In this document: positions 1 to 10,360 of the stretch, one piece after another
Layout: every line of letters begins with the position of its first letter
Position numbering within the stretch: position 1 is the stretch's first letter
Origin: an uncultured archaeon
GTDB taxonomy: Archaea; Iainarchaeota; Iainarchaeia; Iainarchaeales; Iainarchaeaceae
Direction: 5' to 3'
DNA: 64,000 nucleotides
NCBI GenBank assembly: GCA_902386385.1
Contig: CABMIU010000013.1
Coordinates: 1,667 to 65,666 of the forward strand
Position numbers and translations under genes: made by a program
The notes under the pieces: model-generated
What the model was told of the DNA's origin: nothing
Database searches by the model: none
Seen by the model: the letters and a program-made list of their open reading frames with translations, nothing else

Positions 1-461
1 GCACCCACCCGCAGCAGTTCAACAGGCTTCTCGAGGAAATCGACAGGCTCGTGCAGGCAGGAAAAATATCCGGAAGGGTTCTGTGCCAATCTGGCCACAG
101 TGATTATTCCACTAAATATTTCGAGTCGAAAAAATTCATGGGAATTGAAGAGTTCGGGAAAAACGTGATTGCGGCAGGAATCTTCATCACGCATGCGGGA
201 GAAGGAAACATAGGCCTCGCGAAGAATTCCGGGGCGAAATTCATCTGCGTGCCGCGCAGGAAGGAGTTCGGGGAGCACACAAACGACCACCAGCTCGAGC
301 TAGCAAAGGTTGTCGAGGAAATGGGGCTGGGGCTCGTGGCATGGAATCCGGGAGACCTTGAATCCAGACTGGCGCAGCTTAAAGGGTTCAGGGCCGCCGA
401 TGTGCCGAGAGGAAGAATAAACGGCATTTTAGACGAGTATTTTGCGAAGGCGTTTGGATGA
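1..461 (+). CDS. Alg13/PssE-like glycosyltransferase family 28 C-terminal domain protein (5' truncated by window edge)
   Basis: Frame open from base 3: THPQQFNRLL...ITHAGEG...VPRRKEFGEHTNDHQLELA, typical of Alg13/PssE/Cps14G. Confidence 0.85.
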   Translation, partial: THPQQFNRLLEEIDRLVQAGKISGRVLCQSGHSDYSTKYFESKKFMGIEEFGKNVIAAGIFITHAGEGNIGLAKNSGAKFICVPRRKEFGEHTNDHQLELAKVVEEMGLGLVAWNPGDLESRLAQLKGFRAADVPRGRINGILDEYFAKAFG

Positions 462-1366
462 GGGCAAAAGGCATAAAAAGCGGAAAAAACGCGAGCATAG
501 TGGTTGCGGCATACAACAGCATGCACACCATCAAAAAAACCCTTGACGCCCTCCTTGCCCAGGAATTTTCAGGGGACTTTGAAATCATAGCGGTGAATGA
601 TGGCAGCACTGACGGCACAGGGGAATTCCTAGACAGCTACGCAAAACAGGAGAAAACAAAGGGGATTTTGAGCATTATCCACCAGCCGAATTCAGGGGTT
701 TGCAGGGCGAGGAATGCGGGAATCCGCGGGGCGAAATATGAAATCGTCGTGAACATGGACCATGACTGCATTGCTGAAAAGAGCTGGCTGGAAAAAATGG
801 TTGCGGGCTTTGATTCTGTGGGAATCGGCGTTGTCAGCGCTTATGACTACTATGGCGGAACTTCAACCGCGTTCAGGAGGGAATTGCTGGAAAAGGTCGG
901 CGGGTATGATGAGGAGTACAGGTATTACAGGGAGGACACAGACCTTTCATTCAAGATAATGGATTTGGGGTATCGGTTCAGGCTAGTGAAAGCCGGATAT
1001 ATTCATGACCACAAGGAGGCAAAGCCAAAGGGATTTTTTGGCTTTGCGGGGCATGTTCTGCAAAGGCTTTGCTACCACCAGAACGACGTGCTGCTCTACA
1101 AGAAGCACCATACAAAAGTGTGCGAGGATTTTTTGCACATAAAATCCGGGTTCATTGTGGACCCTGTGCAGGACTTCAGGGCTGCGACAGGGTTATGGAA
1201 AAATGGCGGGAAAATGGAGCTGAGCAGCCCGCGCGGGATAACTTTTCTCGAAAACAAGGGGCCGCTGCACGCTGCCGCAATTATTATTATTGGCACAGGG
1301 TATGTTATTGCAGTCAAGGCAAGCAGGCTAATCGGGAGCATTAGGTTCGGGAAGCTGTTGATATGA
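458..1366 (+). CDS. GT2 family glycosyltransferase
   Basis: SIVVAAYN, VNDGSTDGT, ARNAG, MDHD (DxD), GGYDE..EDTDL; ATGA overlap with the upstream gene. Confidence 0.9.
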   Translation: MRAKGIKSGKNASIVVAAYNSMHTIKKTLDALLAQEFSGDFEIIAVNDGSTDGTGEFLDSYAKQEKTKGILSIIHQPNSGVCRARNAGIRGAKYEIVVNMDHDCIAEKSWLEKMVAGFDSVGIGVVSAYDYYGGTSTAFRRELLEKVGGYDEEYRYYREDTDLSFKIMDLGYRFRLVKAGYIHDHKEAKPKGFFGFAGHVLQRLCYHQNDVLLYKKHHTKVCEDFLHIKSGFIVDPVQDFRAATGLWKNGGKMELSSPRGITFLENKGPLHAAAIIIIGTGYVIAVKASRLIGSIRFGKLLI

Positions 1367-2466
1367 AAATTGTCATTGTAGGCCCGCTTCCCCCTTACAG
1401 GGGAGGGATAGCGCATTCGAATTACATACTTTGCAGGAACATTGCAAAGGGAAATGACCTCACTGCAATAAGCTTCTCGCGGCTCTACCCGAAATCGCTT
1501 TATCCGGGAAAATTCCAGGAGATTGGCGCGCCCCCCGAATACGGCTTCAAAGTTGAAAGTATTCTTGACGCAATAAACCCCCTGAACTGGATAATGGTTT
1601 CGCTGAAAATCAGGGAACTGAACCCTGAACAAGTGACTTTGCAGTGGTGGCACACTTTTTTCACCCCTGCGTATTTCACCATAGCGGTTATGGCAAAGCT
1701 TTTAACGAAGGCAAAGGTGTCGATGGTTGTGCACAATGCGCTTCCGCATGAAAGCTCCTTCCTGCACAGGATTCTCACAAGGATAATGTTCTCGCAGGCG
1801 GATTTTTTCGTGGCGCTCTCGGCTTCTGACGTGGAGAACATAAAGGCACTGAAGAAAGGGGCCAAGGCAGGGTTCCTGCAGGAGCCAGCTTATTCGGATT
1901 ATTTTGCAGGGGGAAATGATGCAAAAAACGGGCTGAAGCACAGGGTTCTTTTTTTCGGGTTTGTGCGAGAATACAAGGGACTGCATTACCTCATTGATGC
2001 AATGCCGGCAATCCTCAAGGAATTGCCTGGCATGAAGCTGGACATTGTGGGCGAGTTCTGGAAAGACAAGGGGGAGTACCTCGCGCAGATTTCAGGGCTC
2101 GGCATTGGAAGCAGCGTGAATGTAATCGACAGGTATGTCAGGGATGAGGAGGTAGGGGATATTTTTTCAGGGGCTGATGCAGTGATACTTCCCTATGTTT
2201 CCTCGACACATACCGCGGTTGTCCAGCTTGCGGCAGGCTTCGGGTTGCCCGTGATATCAACTGATGTCGGCGGGAACAGGGATGTGATTGAAAGCGGGAA
2301 GAACGGGATTCTTGTAAAGCCGAAGGATTCAATGGCGATTGCGGATGCGGTGGTAAAGTTCTACAAAAAAGGGCTTTGGAAGGAATTCAGGCAGGAAATG
2401 AAGTCAAAGGCAGGGGTGCTGGGATGGAACAGGGAAAAGGAAGCGGTGTTCTTCAACACAAAATAA
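1363..2466 (+). CDS. GT4 family glycosyltransferase
   Basis: GPLPPYRGGIA N-terminus; FFGFVREYKGL; PVISTDVGG GT-B motifs. Confidence 0.9.
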   Translation: MKIVIVGPLPPYRGGIAHSNYILCRNIAKGNDLTAISFSRLYPKSLYPGKFQEIGAPPEYGFKVESILDAINPLNWIMVSLKIRELNPEQVTLQWWHTFFTPAYFTIAVMAKLLTKAKVSMVVHNALPHESSFLHRILTRIMFSQADFFVALSASDVENIKALKKGAKAGFLQEPAYSDYFAGGNDAKNGLKHRVLFFGFVREYKGLHYLIDAMPAILKELPGMKLDIVGEFWKDKGEYLAQISGLGIGSSVNVIDRYVRDEEVGDIFSGADAVILPYVSSTHTAVVQLAAGFGLPVISTDVGGNRDVIESGKNGILVKPKDSMAIADAVVKFYKKGLWKEFRQEMKSKAGVLGWNREKEAVFFNTK

Positions 2467-2483
2467 ATTGGCATTCACAGGCT

Positions 2484-3401
2484 TTGCAGACGGCTATCAA
2501 GGCAGCGGTCAGCATAGCTGCATTGTGGCTGCTGTTCAGCTGGGTGGGCATGGGAAAAATCTCGGAGTCTCTTGCGGGATTCGACGCGTTTTTTATATTG
2601 CCTGCATTGCTTCTCCTCGCGGTCATCCTGGCTATAAATGCAGTGAACCTGAAAATCCTGACGGAATGTTTCGGGAAAATAAGCATGGCGGACGCTTTCT
2701 GGTATTCGCTCTCCGCAAGGGCTGCCGGCTTTGTGATGCCAGGCAAGATAGGGGAGTTCTCATATGGCGCGATGATGTCAAAACAAGGGGTATCAATCGC
2801 GGAGGGCATGGCTGTTGTCGCGGTTGACAAGGCAATGACTTTTTTAGCGCTTTCCATTGCAGGCTCGTTCGGGATAGCATCACTATTTCCTGCACAGGCA
2901 ACATTGGCAATCGGGGCGATTGCAGTCGCGTGGGTGGCGGTTGCAGCGGGAATCATGGCACTTGGGAACAAAGGCTTCACGGCACTTGTTGAAAGATTTT
3001 TCGGGAAGGGAGTTGCAGGGTTTTCTCTGGCAGTGAAGAAGATTTCCGGTAACCGTCTGGCGCTCGCAAAGAACTTTGCGCTGACAGTCATAAGGATGCT
3101 GCTGCAGGCGGTTTTTTTTCTCGCGCTTTTTGCCGGATTCGGCTCAGCGATGGGTTTTGCTGAAATGGTTTTCGTTGTAGCGGTCAGCATTGTCATTTCC
3201 CACCTGCCGTTCACGCTTTCCGGGCTGGGGGCAAGGGAAGGCGCATTTGTTTACTTGTGTACACTTTATGGAGCGCCTGCAGCTGCCGCGGGCTCCGTTG
3301 CCCTGCTCTCGCTCGCAATGGACTGCATTTTCACTGCAGTTGCTGTGATTGCAAAACCGGCAATTCAAAATATCCTGGGCTGGACAAAAGCAAAGAATTA
3401 A
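2484..3401 (+). CDS. UPF0104 / lysylphosphatidylglycerol synthase TM-region membrane protein (putative flippase); start uncertain (ORF open from 2376)
   Basis: Multi-TM; PGKIGE and LPFTLSGLGAREG signature motifs. Confidence 0.8.
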   Translation: MQTAIKAAVSIAALWLLFSWVGMGKISESLAGFDAFFILPALLLLAVILAINAVNLKILTECFGKISMADAFWYSLSARAAGFVMPGKIGEFSYGAMMSKQGVSIAEGMAVVAVDKAMTFLALSIAGSFGIASLFPAQATLAIGAIAVAWVAVAAGIMALGNKGFTALVERFFGKGVAGFSLAVKKISGNRLALAKNFALTVIRMLLQAVFFLALFAGFGSAMGFAEMVFVVAVSIVISHLPFTLSGLGAREGAFVYLCTLYGAPAAAAGSVALLSLAMDCIFTAVAVIAKPAIQNILGWTKAKN

Positions 3402-3413
3402 GGAGTATGCGGG

Positions 3414-4439
3414 ATGAAAATTAACCAGGGATTGGCGTTTCAAATGAACATTATTGTCACAGGCGCTGACGGATTCATCGGAAAGAGGCTCTGCATGCGC
3501 CTCGCGGAAAAGGGGCACACCGTACTCGCATTGGTAAAATCCATGGGCGAAAGCCGGTTTGCCAAAAGTTTCTGGCACGAAAAAGGGGTTGTGGCAAAAA
3601 AATCTGCCGGAAAAATTCATTTTCTTGAGGCAAATATCCTTGACCTCGGCCAGTTGCGCAAGGCCCTGTGCGGAGCCAGGGCGGATTGCTGCATCCATCT
3701 TGCGGGATTTTCAAACAATCCTCGCAGCCCTGAAGAGGAGACTGCTTGCTTCTCTACAAATGTTGACGGAACCAAAAATGCCATCGAGGCTCTCGCGGGC
3801 ATGAAGGATATAGGATTTGTTTTCATGTCAAGCGCAAAGGTTTACGGGAATTCTGCAGGCAGCGTGGACGAGTCCAGCCCCCTCCTCGCAGACGATGCAT
3901 ATTCGAAAAGCAAAATCGAGGCTGAGAAGGCCGTGATGGAGGCCGCGGAAAATGGCAGTGTGCGGGCGATAATCCTGAGGCCTTCGAATTCGTATGGCCC
4001 GGGGGACCTTTCTTTCCAGAGGATAATACCGGGGTCGCTGAAAAGGATTCTTGCAGGGGAACCGCCGGTTGTTTACGGCGACGGCATGGCGATGAAAAAT
4101 TTCATTTTTGTCGGAGACACTGTCGAGGCGATAATTTCGGCTGCAGAAAACTCGGAAAAGGCAAAAGCGGCAAATGGGGCGGAAGTCATAAATCTCTCGA
4201 GCGGGAAGAACATCAGCATAATGGACATCGAGGAAATATTGCTCATGGAGTGCGGCAGCAGCCTGAAGCCGCTTTTCCTCAGGGACAAGAAAGGGGAATC
4301 CGCGCCTGAAATTTCCACCCGCAAGGCAGAAAGGCTGCTCGGCTGGAGGGCCTGCACGAGCATCGGGGACGGCTTGAGGCAGACGGTTAAATGGTACAGG
4401 GGACATTTTGAGGATGAGCGAAAAATCGCCAAAGACTGA
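3414..4439 (+). CDS. NAD-dependent epimerase/dehydratase (extended SDR)
   Basis: TGADGFIG, SSAKVYG, YSKSK (YxxxK), RPSNSYGPGD. Confidence 0.88.
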   Translation: MKINQGLAFQMNIIVTGADGFIGKRLCMRLAEKGHTVLALVKSMGESRFAKSFWHEKGVVAKKSAGKIHFLEANILDLGQLRKALCGARADCCIHLAGFSNNPRSPEEETACFSTNVDGTKNAIEALAGMKDIGFVFMSSAKVYGNSAGSVDESSPLLADDAYSKSKIEAEKAVMEAAENGSVRAIILRPSNSYGPGDLSFQRIIPGSLKRILAGEPPVVYGDGMAMKNFIFVGDTVEAIISAAENSEKAKAANGAEVINLSSGKNISIMDIEEILLMECGSSLKPLFLRDKKGESAPEISTRKAERLLGWRACTSIGDGLRQTVKWYRGHFEDERKIAKD

Positions 4440-4498
4440 AATAAAAAAAATTACTAAAGGTTAAAATAGTTTGTTTTTATGTTTTGTGCGGTGTGTGA

Positions 4499-5473
4499 AT
4501 GAAAAAGGCGCTCATAACTGGCATCAACGGGTTTGCGGGATCGCACCTTGCGGATTACATTATAGACAACAGGCTCGCAAAGGTATACGGCACTTACAGG
4601 GGCAAGAGCACTGATTTCTCCAACATAAGGCAAATCCGGGATAAAATCAGCATGGTGAAATGCGATGTCACTGATTATTTTGCGGTTGAAAAGGCACTCC
4701 GCGAAGTGAAGCCGGATTACGTTTTCCATCTTGCCGCGCAGTCCTATGTGCCTGATTCGTGGAAATCGCCACACGAGACACTGGAGTCAAACACCCTCGG
4801 AAGCCTGAATCTCTTCGAGGCAATCTGCAGGGCGGTCGACCCTGAGATAAAGGTGCAGGTTGCATCGACGAGCGAAGTTTATGGCAAGGTGTATGAAAAC
4901 GAGTTGCCGATAAAAGAGACAAACCAGCTTAGGCCCCTGAGCCCTTATGGCGTGAGCAAGGCAGCGATGGACCTGCTGGCTTACCAGTATTTCCAGAGCT
5001 ACGGCCTCAAGGTGGTTAGGACAAGGGCGTTCAACCATGCCGGGCCGCGCAGGGGCGAGGTTTTCGTGGACTCGAACTGGGCAAAGCAGATTGCGGAGAT
5101 TGAGATGGGCCTCAAGGAGCCGGTTGTGCTCGTTGGCTCGCTCGACTCGAAGAGGGACTTTACTGATGTCAGGGATGTTGCGAGGGCATACTGGCTCGCG
5201 ATAGAAAAAGGCGAGCCCGGCGAGGTCTACAACATCTGCTCAGGAAAGACACACACGATGAAGTCAATACTCGACAGGCTGCTTTCGATGACAGACAAAA
5301 AGATTTCTATCAAAGAGGACCCTTCAAGGCTGAGGCCTTCGGACGTGAAGGTCCTGCTCGGCGATTCCACGAAGTTCTCGCAGAGGACTGGCTGGAAACC
5401 CGAGATTCCGCTTGAAAAGACAATGGCTGACCTGATGGAATACTGGCGGGAAAAAATAAAGCGCAACTGCTGA
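4499..5473 (+). CDS. gmd: GDP-mannose 4,6-dehydratase family SDR
   Basis: ALITGINGFAGSHLA, FHLAAQSYV, STSEVYG, SPYGVSK, RAFNH, RDFTDVRD, RPSDV; could be an Rmd-like paralogue. Confidence 0.75.
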   Translation: MKKALITGINGFAGSHLADYIIDNRLAKVYGTYRGKSTDFSNIRQIRDKISMVKCDVTDYFAVEKALREVKPDYVFHLAAQSYVPDSWKSPHETLESNTLGSLNLFEAICRAVDPEIKVQVASTSEVYGKVYENELPIKETNQLRPLSPYGVSKAAMDLLAYQYFQSYGLKVVRTRAFNHAGPRRGEVFVDSNWAKQIAEIEMGLKEPVVLVGSLDSKRDFTDVRDVARAYWLAIEKGEPGEVYNICSGKTHTMKSILDRLLSMTDKKISIKEDPSRLRPSDVKVLLGDSTKFSQRTGWKPEIPLEKTMADLMEYWREKIKRNC

Positions 5474-5567
5474 TGCCGGGGCCAAAACCAACTCGCAATC
5501 TTCAATAGCATGAATTTTCAATGCGCTGAATCCGCATTATGGAGGAAGCTGCCTTATTTTCCAATGC

Positions 5568-6863
5568 TCATTCGCCTTCGAAATCCACTATGCTGAACGC
5601 CCTGAAGCCAGCGGCTTCGAGCCTTTCCTTGCCCTTGAGGCTCGGCAGGTTGATTATGAAGCTCGCTTCAATTACTTCGCCACCAAGCTTTTGTATCAGC
5701 TTGCATGCTGCGAGCGCGGTTCCGCCGGTGGCAATGAGGTCGTCAACAAGCAGCACCTTCTGCCCTTTTTCAATCGCATCCTTGTGCATCTCAATCCTGT
5801 CCCGCCCATATTCGAGGGAATATTCCTCATAAACTGTCTCCGCCGGAAGCTTGCCTGCCTTGCGGATTAGTGCAAAGCCAAGGCCGAGCCGGTTTGCAAG
5901 GACAGCACCGGTGATGAACCCCCTTGATTCAATACCCGCGACCAAATCGATGCCCATGTGCTCATACCTTTCAACGAGCAGGTTGACCAGACGGGTAAAT
6001 CCCCCTTTGTCCTTGAGCAGGGTGGTGATGTCCCTGAACATTATGCCTTTCTTCGGCCAGTCGGGGACTGTCCTGATTTTGGATTTTATGAGCGCTGCAA
6101 CAGCAGCCTTGCCGCCTTTTCCGCTTTTGCCCCTTTTGCCAAGGCCCCCTTTTCCGCCGGTTTCCTGCACGCGGCAATTCGAAACGAGTTCCTTTACAAG
6201 CCTGAAGGAATTTTCAGAAGCGGCCCTGAACAGCGCGGTAAAATCAACCGGGGCAGAGTGGTCCGCCCGGTCGGAAATGGAACGGATGATCAGGTGCGGG
6301 ACATTGTTCAGCGCGCAAACATGCGCCACAGCGGCACTCTCCATGTCAACGCAATCGCCCCTGAATTCCTTCCTCAGCAAGGCGGAGCGCTCCCTGCTCG
6401 CAATGAACTGGTCGCCGGTGAGAATCCTGCCCTCTATCGCCTTAAGGCCAAGCTTCCTGGCAGCGGCGGAAGCGCACTCAGCAAGTTCCTTGGATGCATT
6501 GAAAAATTTCAGTTCAGAAAAAGGGACCCTTCCCCTTTCAAAGCCGAGGTCGGTGGCATCAATATCGTGCTGCATACTGTCCTTGGAAATCACGATGTCA
6601 TTGAGGCCTAATTCGGGGTTCAGGGCGCCTGCAACCCCGGTGAATACGATTGATGAAACCCTGAAGTTAGTTATCAGCACCTGTGCACATATCGAGGCAT
6701 TTACCTTGCCCGCGCCTGACTTCACGACAACGGCGTCCTTTCCGGCAAGCTTTCCGGAGAAAAAAGCGAAGCCAACCAGCTCGGTTTTCTCGAGGCCGGC
6801 CAGTTCAGGGATATAATGGTCAATCTCTTCCTGAAGTGCGCCCATTATTCCGATTGCCGCCAT
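5568..6863 (-). CDS. Fusion: 5'-methylthioadenosine/S-adenosylhomocysteine nucleosidase (MtnN, N-terminal) + adenine phosphoribosyltransferase (Apt, C-terminal)
   Basis: MtnN motifs [49 protein letters not shown]; Gly/Lys linker; Apt motifs [47 protein letters not shown]; one continuous frame; GGTGG SD-like motif before ATG 6863. Confidence 0.9.
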   Translation of the reverse strand: MAAIGIMGALQEEIDHYIPELAGLEKTELVGFAFFSGKLAGKDAVVVKSGAGKVNASICAQVLITNFRVSSIVFTGVAGALNPELGLNDIVISKDSMQHDIDATDLGFERGRVPFSELKFFNASKELAECASAAARKLGLKAIEGRILTGDQFIASRERSALLRKEFRGDCVDMESAAVAHVCALNNVPHLIIRSISDRADHSAPVDFTALFRAASENSFRLVKELVSNCRVQETGGKGGLGKRGKSGKGGKAAVAALIKSKIRTVPDWPKKGIMFRDITTLLKDKGGFTRLVNLLVERYEHMGIDLVAGIESRGFITGAVLANRLGLGFALIRKAGKLPAETVYEEYSLEYGRDRIEMHKDAIEKGQKVLLVDDLIATGGTALAACKLIQKLGGEVIEASFIINLPSLKGKERLEAAGFRAFSIVDFEGE

Positions 6864-6958
6864 GATTCCACCTTGCCACCAGAACTTTTTAATCATATCA
6901 TGCAATCCGGAAATCCGTGCAGGCTACTTTGGAACCCGCAGCCAAACGATTGAAGGCC

Positions 6959-8485
6959 CTATTCCTGCAATGGCCCGCCATTGTAACGGTACAATGCAAG
7001 GCTGATTTTCTTGTCCTCTGCAACAAGCTCAAACGAACCGTGGTTCCGCTCATAAAAATCGAACGCCTTTTTTCTCTCGCCTTTCACCAGTTCAGCGCGC
7101 GGGGATGTGTCTGATGAGACATTGGTGTAATCAATCAGGAGCATATACCCTTTTCCCGCCTTTCGGAACTCTGCAACCGGGTCAATGCCCTGCGGGTTTC
7201 CCGCAAGGTCCGGCTTAGGGTCTATTGAGAAGTATTTCCGGTCCGGGAAAAATCCCCTGACAAAGTACATTGAATCGTCGCTGCTGCCAAGTATCAAAGA
7301 ACCGGCTTCAGTGTTTGCATATATCGTGCCGAATGCCGCACTGCGCTTTTCGGAAAGGTAATCCTGATGCACATCGGAGGAATATGCCGCAACAAGGAAC
7401 ATCACCACAAAAAGCGCCAATGGGGTGGCCGCGGGGTTTTTGCGCAAAAGACCGATTTTGTTTGACAAAACCCCGGTCCAGGAATCAAGCATGCAGGCAT
7501 AGGGGATTATCAGCACTCCAATCAGGGGCACGAGGTAGCGGAGCCTCGCCGTGAAAAGCGAGGAAAGGGAAAAGTCGAAATTGAAAAGGTCGGTGAACAT
7601 GCCGTTGAAAACGAGGTAAGCCGCGGCGAACAGGGCGAATTCCTTCCTGAGGCCAGATTTTTTCTCAATAAACGGGGAAGCAAGCATAAGCGGGAGGTAA
7701 AGCAGCAGTATCCCCAGGTATGCAATGAAATTCGGCAGCCTGTCTGCTGAAAACCTGAGGAAAAGCCTGAGCACGGACCCGTTGCCGCTAGTGAACGCGC
7801 CGCCATACACTGCTGAGTTGAATGCGAACAGGAATGCCGCACAGGGAATTCCTCCAAGGAAGAACCAGAGGAATTTTTTACGGCTTGAAATCAGTGCTGC
7901 TAAGGCCATTGCCGCGACGCCATACACTGCATCATACCTCACAAGGACTGCAAGGCCTGCGAGAAAGCCTGAAACTGCCCAGTCTCTCCTGCGTTCCGAG
8001 ATGTAAAAGCAAAATGCAGCGAGGAAAAAAGTCAGGGTTAGGAGTTCTGGGTAGAGCGTCCTTGATTCCCAAATAAATGTCGGGAGGAAAAGATAAATCA
8101 GTGAAAATATTTTGCTTACCTTCAGTTTTTCGAATATTTTTATCAGTATGAAGAAATTTATGAGGTGGATGATAAGACCTGAAAGCATTACGCCTGAAAT
8201 GCCGAAAGGCAGGAAAGGGATGAGCGAAACCGACCTTCCGAGAACCCTGTCGGAAATGTATTCGGTGCCGTTGAACACTGTTGAGCGGCTGGCATATTCA
8301 GGGGCAGGCTCCCCGATTTTGCCATGCGATAGCAGGACTGCATTCCTGAGGTAGCCCTGTTCGTCTATTGACGCGTAAAAAGGCGGGAAAAAAAGCATGA
8401 AAAGGGCTATGCAAGCGATGGCTGAAAAAACAAGGGCAGCGTCCTCGAATTTGCCTTCGCCTAAGCGCATCCACCGGGCAGGCAT
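6959..8485 (-). CDS. ArnT/PMT-like GT-C membrane glycosyltransferase
   Basis: DE motif after the first TM (ASIDEQGY), about a dozen TMs, LAVLVRY, RYLVP. Confidence 0.75.
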   Translation of the reverse strand: MPARWMRLGEGKFEDAALVFSAIACIALFMLFFPPFYASIDEQGYLRNAVLLSHGKIGEPAPEYASRSTVFNGTEYISDRVLGRSVSLIPFLPFGISGVMLSGLIIHLINFFILIKIFEKLKVSKIFSLIYLFLPTFIWESRTLYPELLTLTFFLAAFCFYISERRRDWAVSGFLAGLAVLVRYDAVYGVAAMALAALISSRKKFLWFFLGGIPCAAFLFAFNSAVYGGAFTSGNGSVLRLFLRFSADRLPNFIAYLGILLLYLPLMLASPFIEKKSGLRKEFALFAAAYLVFNGMFTDLFNFDFSLSSLFTARLRYLVPLIGVLIIPYACMLDSWTGVLSNKIGLLRKNPAATPLALFVVMFLVAAYSSDVHQDYLSEKRSAAFGTIYANTEAGSLILGSSDDSMYFVRGFFPDRKYFSIDPKPDLAGNPQGIDPVAEFRKAGKGYMLLIDYTNVSSDTSPRAELVKGERKKAFDFYERNHGSFELVAEDKKISLALYRYNGGPLQE

Positions 8486-8620
8486 GTGTTTCGGATTAAT
8501 TTTCCTGGCGGCGTTAATTTAAAGTTAGCTTGGGCCCCCTGACAGGTGCAGGTACCAAAACCATTAAAAGGCGTGCAAAGCAATTTTTAGAAGGAATAGC
8601 TGTTTGCATTATGCTGAAGT

Positions 8621-10324
8621 GTGCCAATGGAAAATGAAACCAAACAAAAGCCGGTTTTTGATTCGCCGAATGATGCCGCAAATTGGCTCGCAGAAATCGC
8701 GATGAAAAGGCTTTCATGCGGAAAAAACCTCCTCGAAGCGTCCCTCTATGACGGGAGCCCGCTGTGGTGGGCTGCGCATACAGAGCTTGCGTTATATATT
8801 TCAGGGCAACTAGTTGATGTTGAAAAGCGGCAAAAAAGGCATTTTGCCCCCGAGGCCGCGATGTGGGCCCTGGAACTGGCGGACCAGCTCGGGACAACTG
8901 CCATTGCAAAAACGATTGTTGCACTCCAGTTCCTCAAAGGAAAAAGCGCGGGCAACAGGAAAAAAGTCCTGTTCTTCACTTATGAAAAGGGGTGGCGCGG
9001 GATTCCTGACCCCAAGACCGGAAAAATGGTGGAGGGAGATATCCATTACAGGGCAGTGATGGATGAGCTCCTGGACTGTGGTTATGGTGTCGAGGTTGCA
9101 ACTGTTGCGCCTCTATGGAGAATCGGGTTCTGGACAAGCGCAAATGAAGCGTTAAAGAGGGCGCTTATGCAAAAGCCACTGCACCTGCCGCTAGAGAATT
9201 TCTGGGATTTCGGGGTTTACTCCAGGCAGAAAAAAGCCGGGGCCGGGTTTTCAGCCGCATGGAAAGAGATAAATTCTGACGAAGAGTTCTGGAAATCATT
9301 TAATGCCGGGGGGAAAGATTTCCGGGAGGAAACGAGAAGGATGTCAGAATTCTTTTTTGTGAGCCACTTCCGGAAGGTTGCGAAGGCGGTGGAGCTTTTC
9401 AGCAGGCTGATAGAGAGGGAAAAACCCTGTGTCCTCGTGGCCCCGAACCACGGGGGATGGTACTGGAAAGCTTTGCTCATAGCGGCAAAGGCAAAAGGGG
9501 TGAAAGTCCTTTCGACGCAGCACGCAGGCATTACAGACGACATCCTTTCTTACTTCAATTACCCCCCGCTCACGGGAAAAAAGCTCGGTGTGCAGTTGCC
9601 GGATGCTTTTGCGGCACAGGGGATATGGACCTGCAGGCTTTTTGAAAAAACATGGGGTTACCCAAAAAGCATGCTGAAGGTAACAGGCCAGCCGAGGTAT
9701 GATTTCATTCCTGCGGCAAAAAAATCGTTCGACAGGGAATCCTGCCTCAAGGGCATGGGCATAAGCCCTGAAAAAAAAGTAGTTTTGTTCGCGACACAGC
9801 TTGCAGTGCCGCCTTTTGTCGATGATGAAAGGCTCATCTTCAGGGCACTGGCAAAAATCCAGCGGTCGAGCGGCATAGGAATCATTGTCAAGCCTCATCC
9901 CAGGGGCAAGGCTGAGGATTATGAAAAAATAGCGAAAGAGGAAGGGGCGGATGCGGTTGTAATTGGCGAAAATTCGGTTTTCCATGAGGCCGTGCTCGCC
10001 TCTGACCTCGTGATATCGCTGCCGTCCACGATAATAACCGAGGCCCTGATGCTTTGCAGGCCTGCAATGCTCGTTGATTTCGGGGAAGGCAACCACAAGT
10101 TGCCGTGGGTGGAAAGCGGGGTTGCAATCCCGATATCTGAAAAAGACGGCATAGAGAAAAATATTGGGCTAGCGCTTTTTGACGGGGCCACGAGGAAAAG
10201 GCTTGACCGCGCGCGTGAGAAATTCGTTCTGGAGCACTGCTTCCTGCAGGACGGTAAGGCGGCAAAAAGGGTCGCGGTGCTGATAATGGAAATGATTGAG
10301 GGCAATCGACAAAATTGGAAGTGA
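8621..10324 (+). CDS. CDP-glycerol glycerophosphotransferase-like / GT-B fold protein; candidate nonulosonic-acid transferase
   Basis: STQHAG, VTGQPRYD, VKPHP, STIITEA motifs typical of TagB/TagF-like and sialyltransferase-like GT-B proteins; convergent with neuB. Confidence 0.6.
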   Translation: MPMENETKQKPVFDSPNDAANWLAEIAMKRLSCGKNLLEASLYDGSPLWWAAHTELALYISGQLVDVEKRQKRHFAPEAAMWALELADQLGTTAIAKTIVALQFLKGKSAGNRKKVLFFTYEKGWRGIPDPKTGKMVEGDIHYRAVMDELLDCGYGVEVATVAPLWRIGFWTSANEALKRALMQKPLHLPLENFWDFGVYSRQKKAGAGFSAAWKEINSDEEFWKSFNAGGKDFREETRRMSEFFFVSHFRKVAKAVELFSRLIEREKPCVLVAPNHGGWYWKALLIAAKAKGVKVLSTQHAGITDDILSYFNYPPLTGKKLGVQLPDAFAAQGIWTCRLFEKTWGYPKSMLKVTGQPRYDFIPAAKKSFDRESCLKGMGISPEKKVVLFATQLAVPPFVDDERLIFRALAKIQRSSGIGIIVKPHPRGKAEDYEKIAKEEGADAVVIGENSVFHEAVLASDLVISLPSTIITEALMLCRPAMLVDFGEGNHKLPWVESGVAIPISEKDGIEKNIGLALFDGATRKRLDRAREKFVLEHCFLQDGKAAKRVAVLIMEMIEGNRQNWK

Positions 10325-10360
10325 AACGCCAATTGGAAATCGGCTTGCAATTGGCCAGGG

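Noticed and set aside
5851-6816. 321-aa plus-strand ORF
   Set aside because: Antisense shadow of the MtnN-Apt fusion
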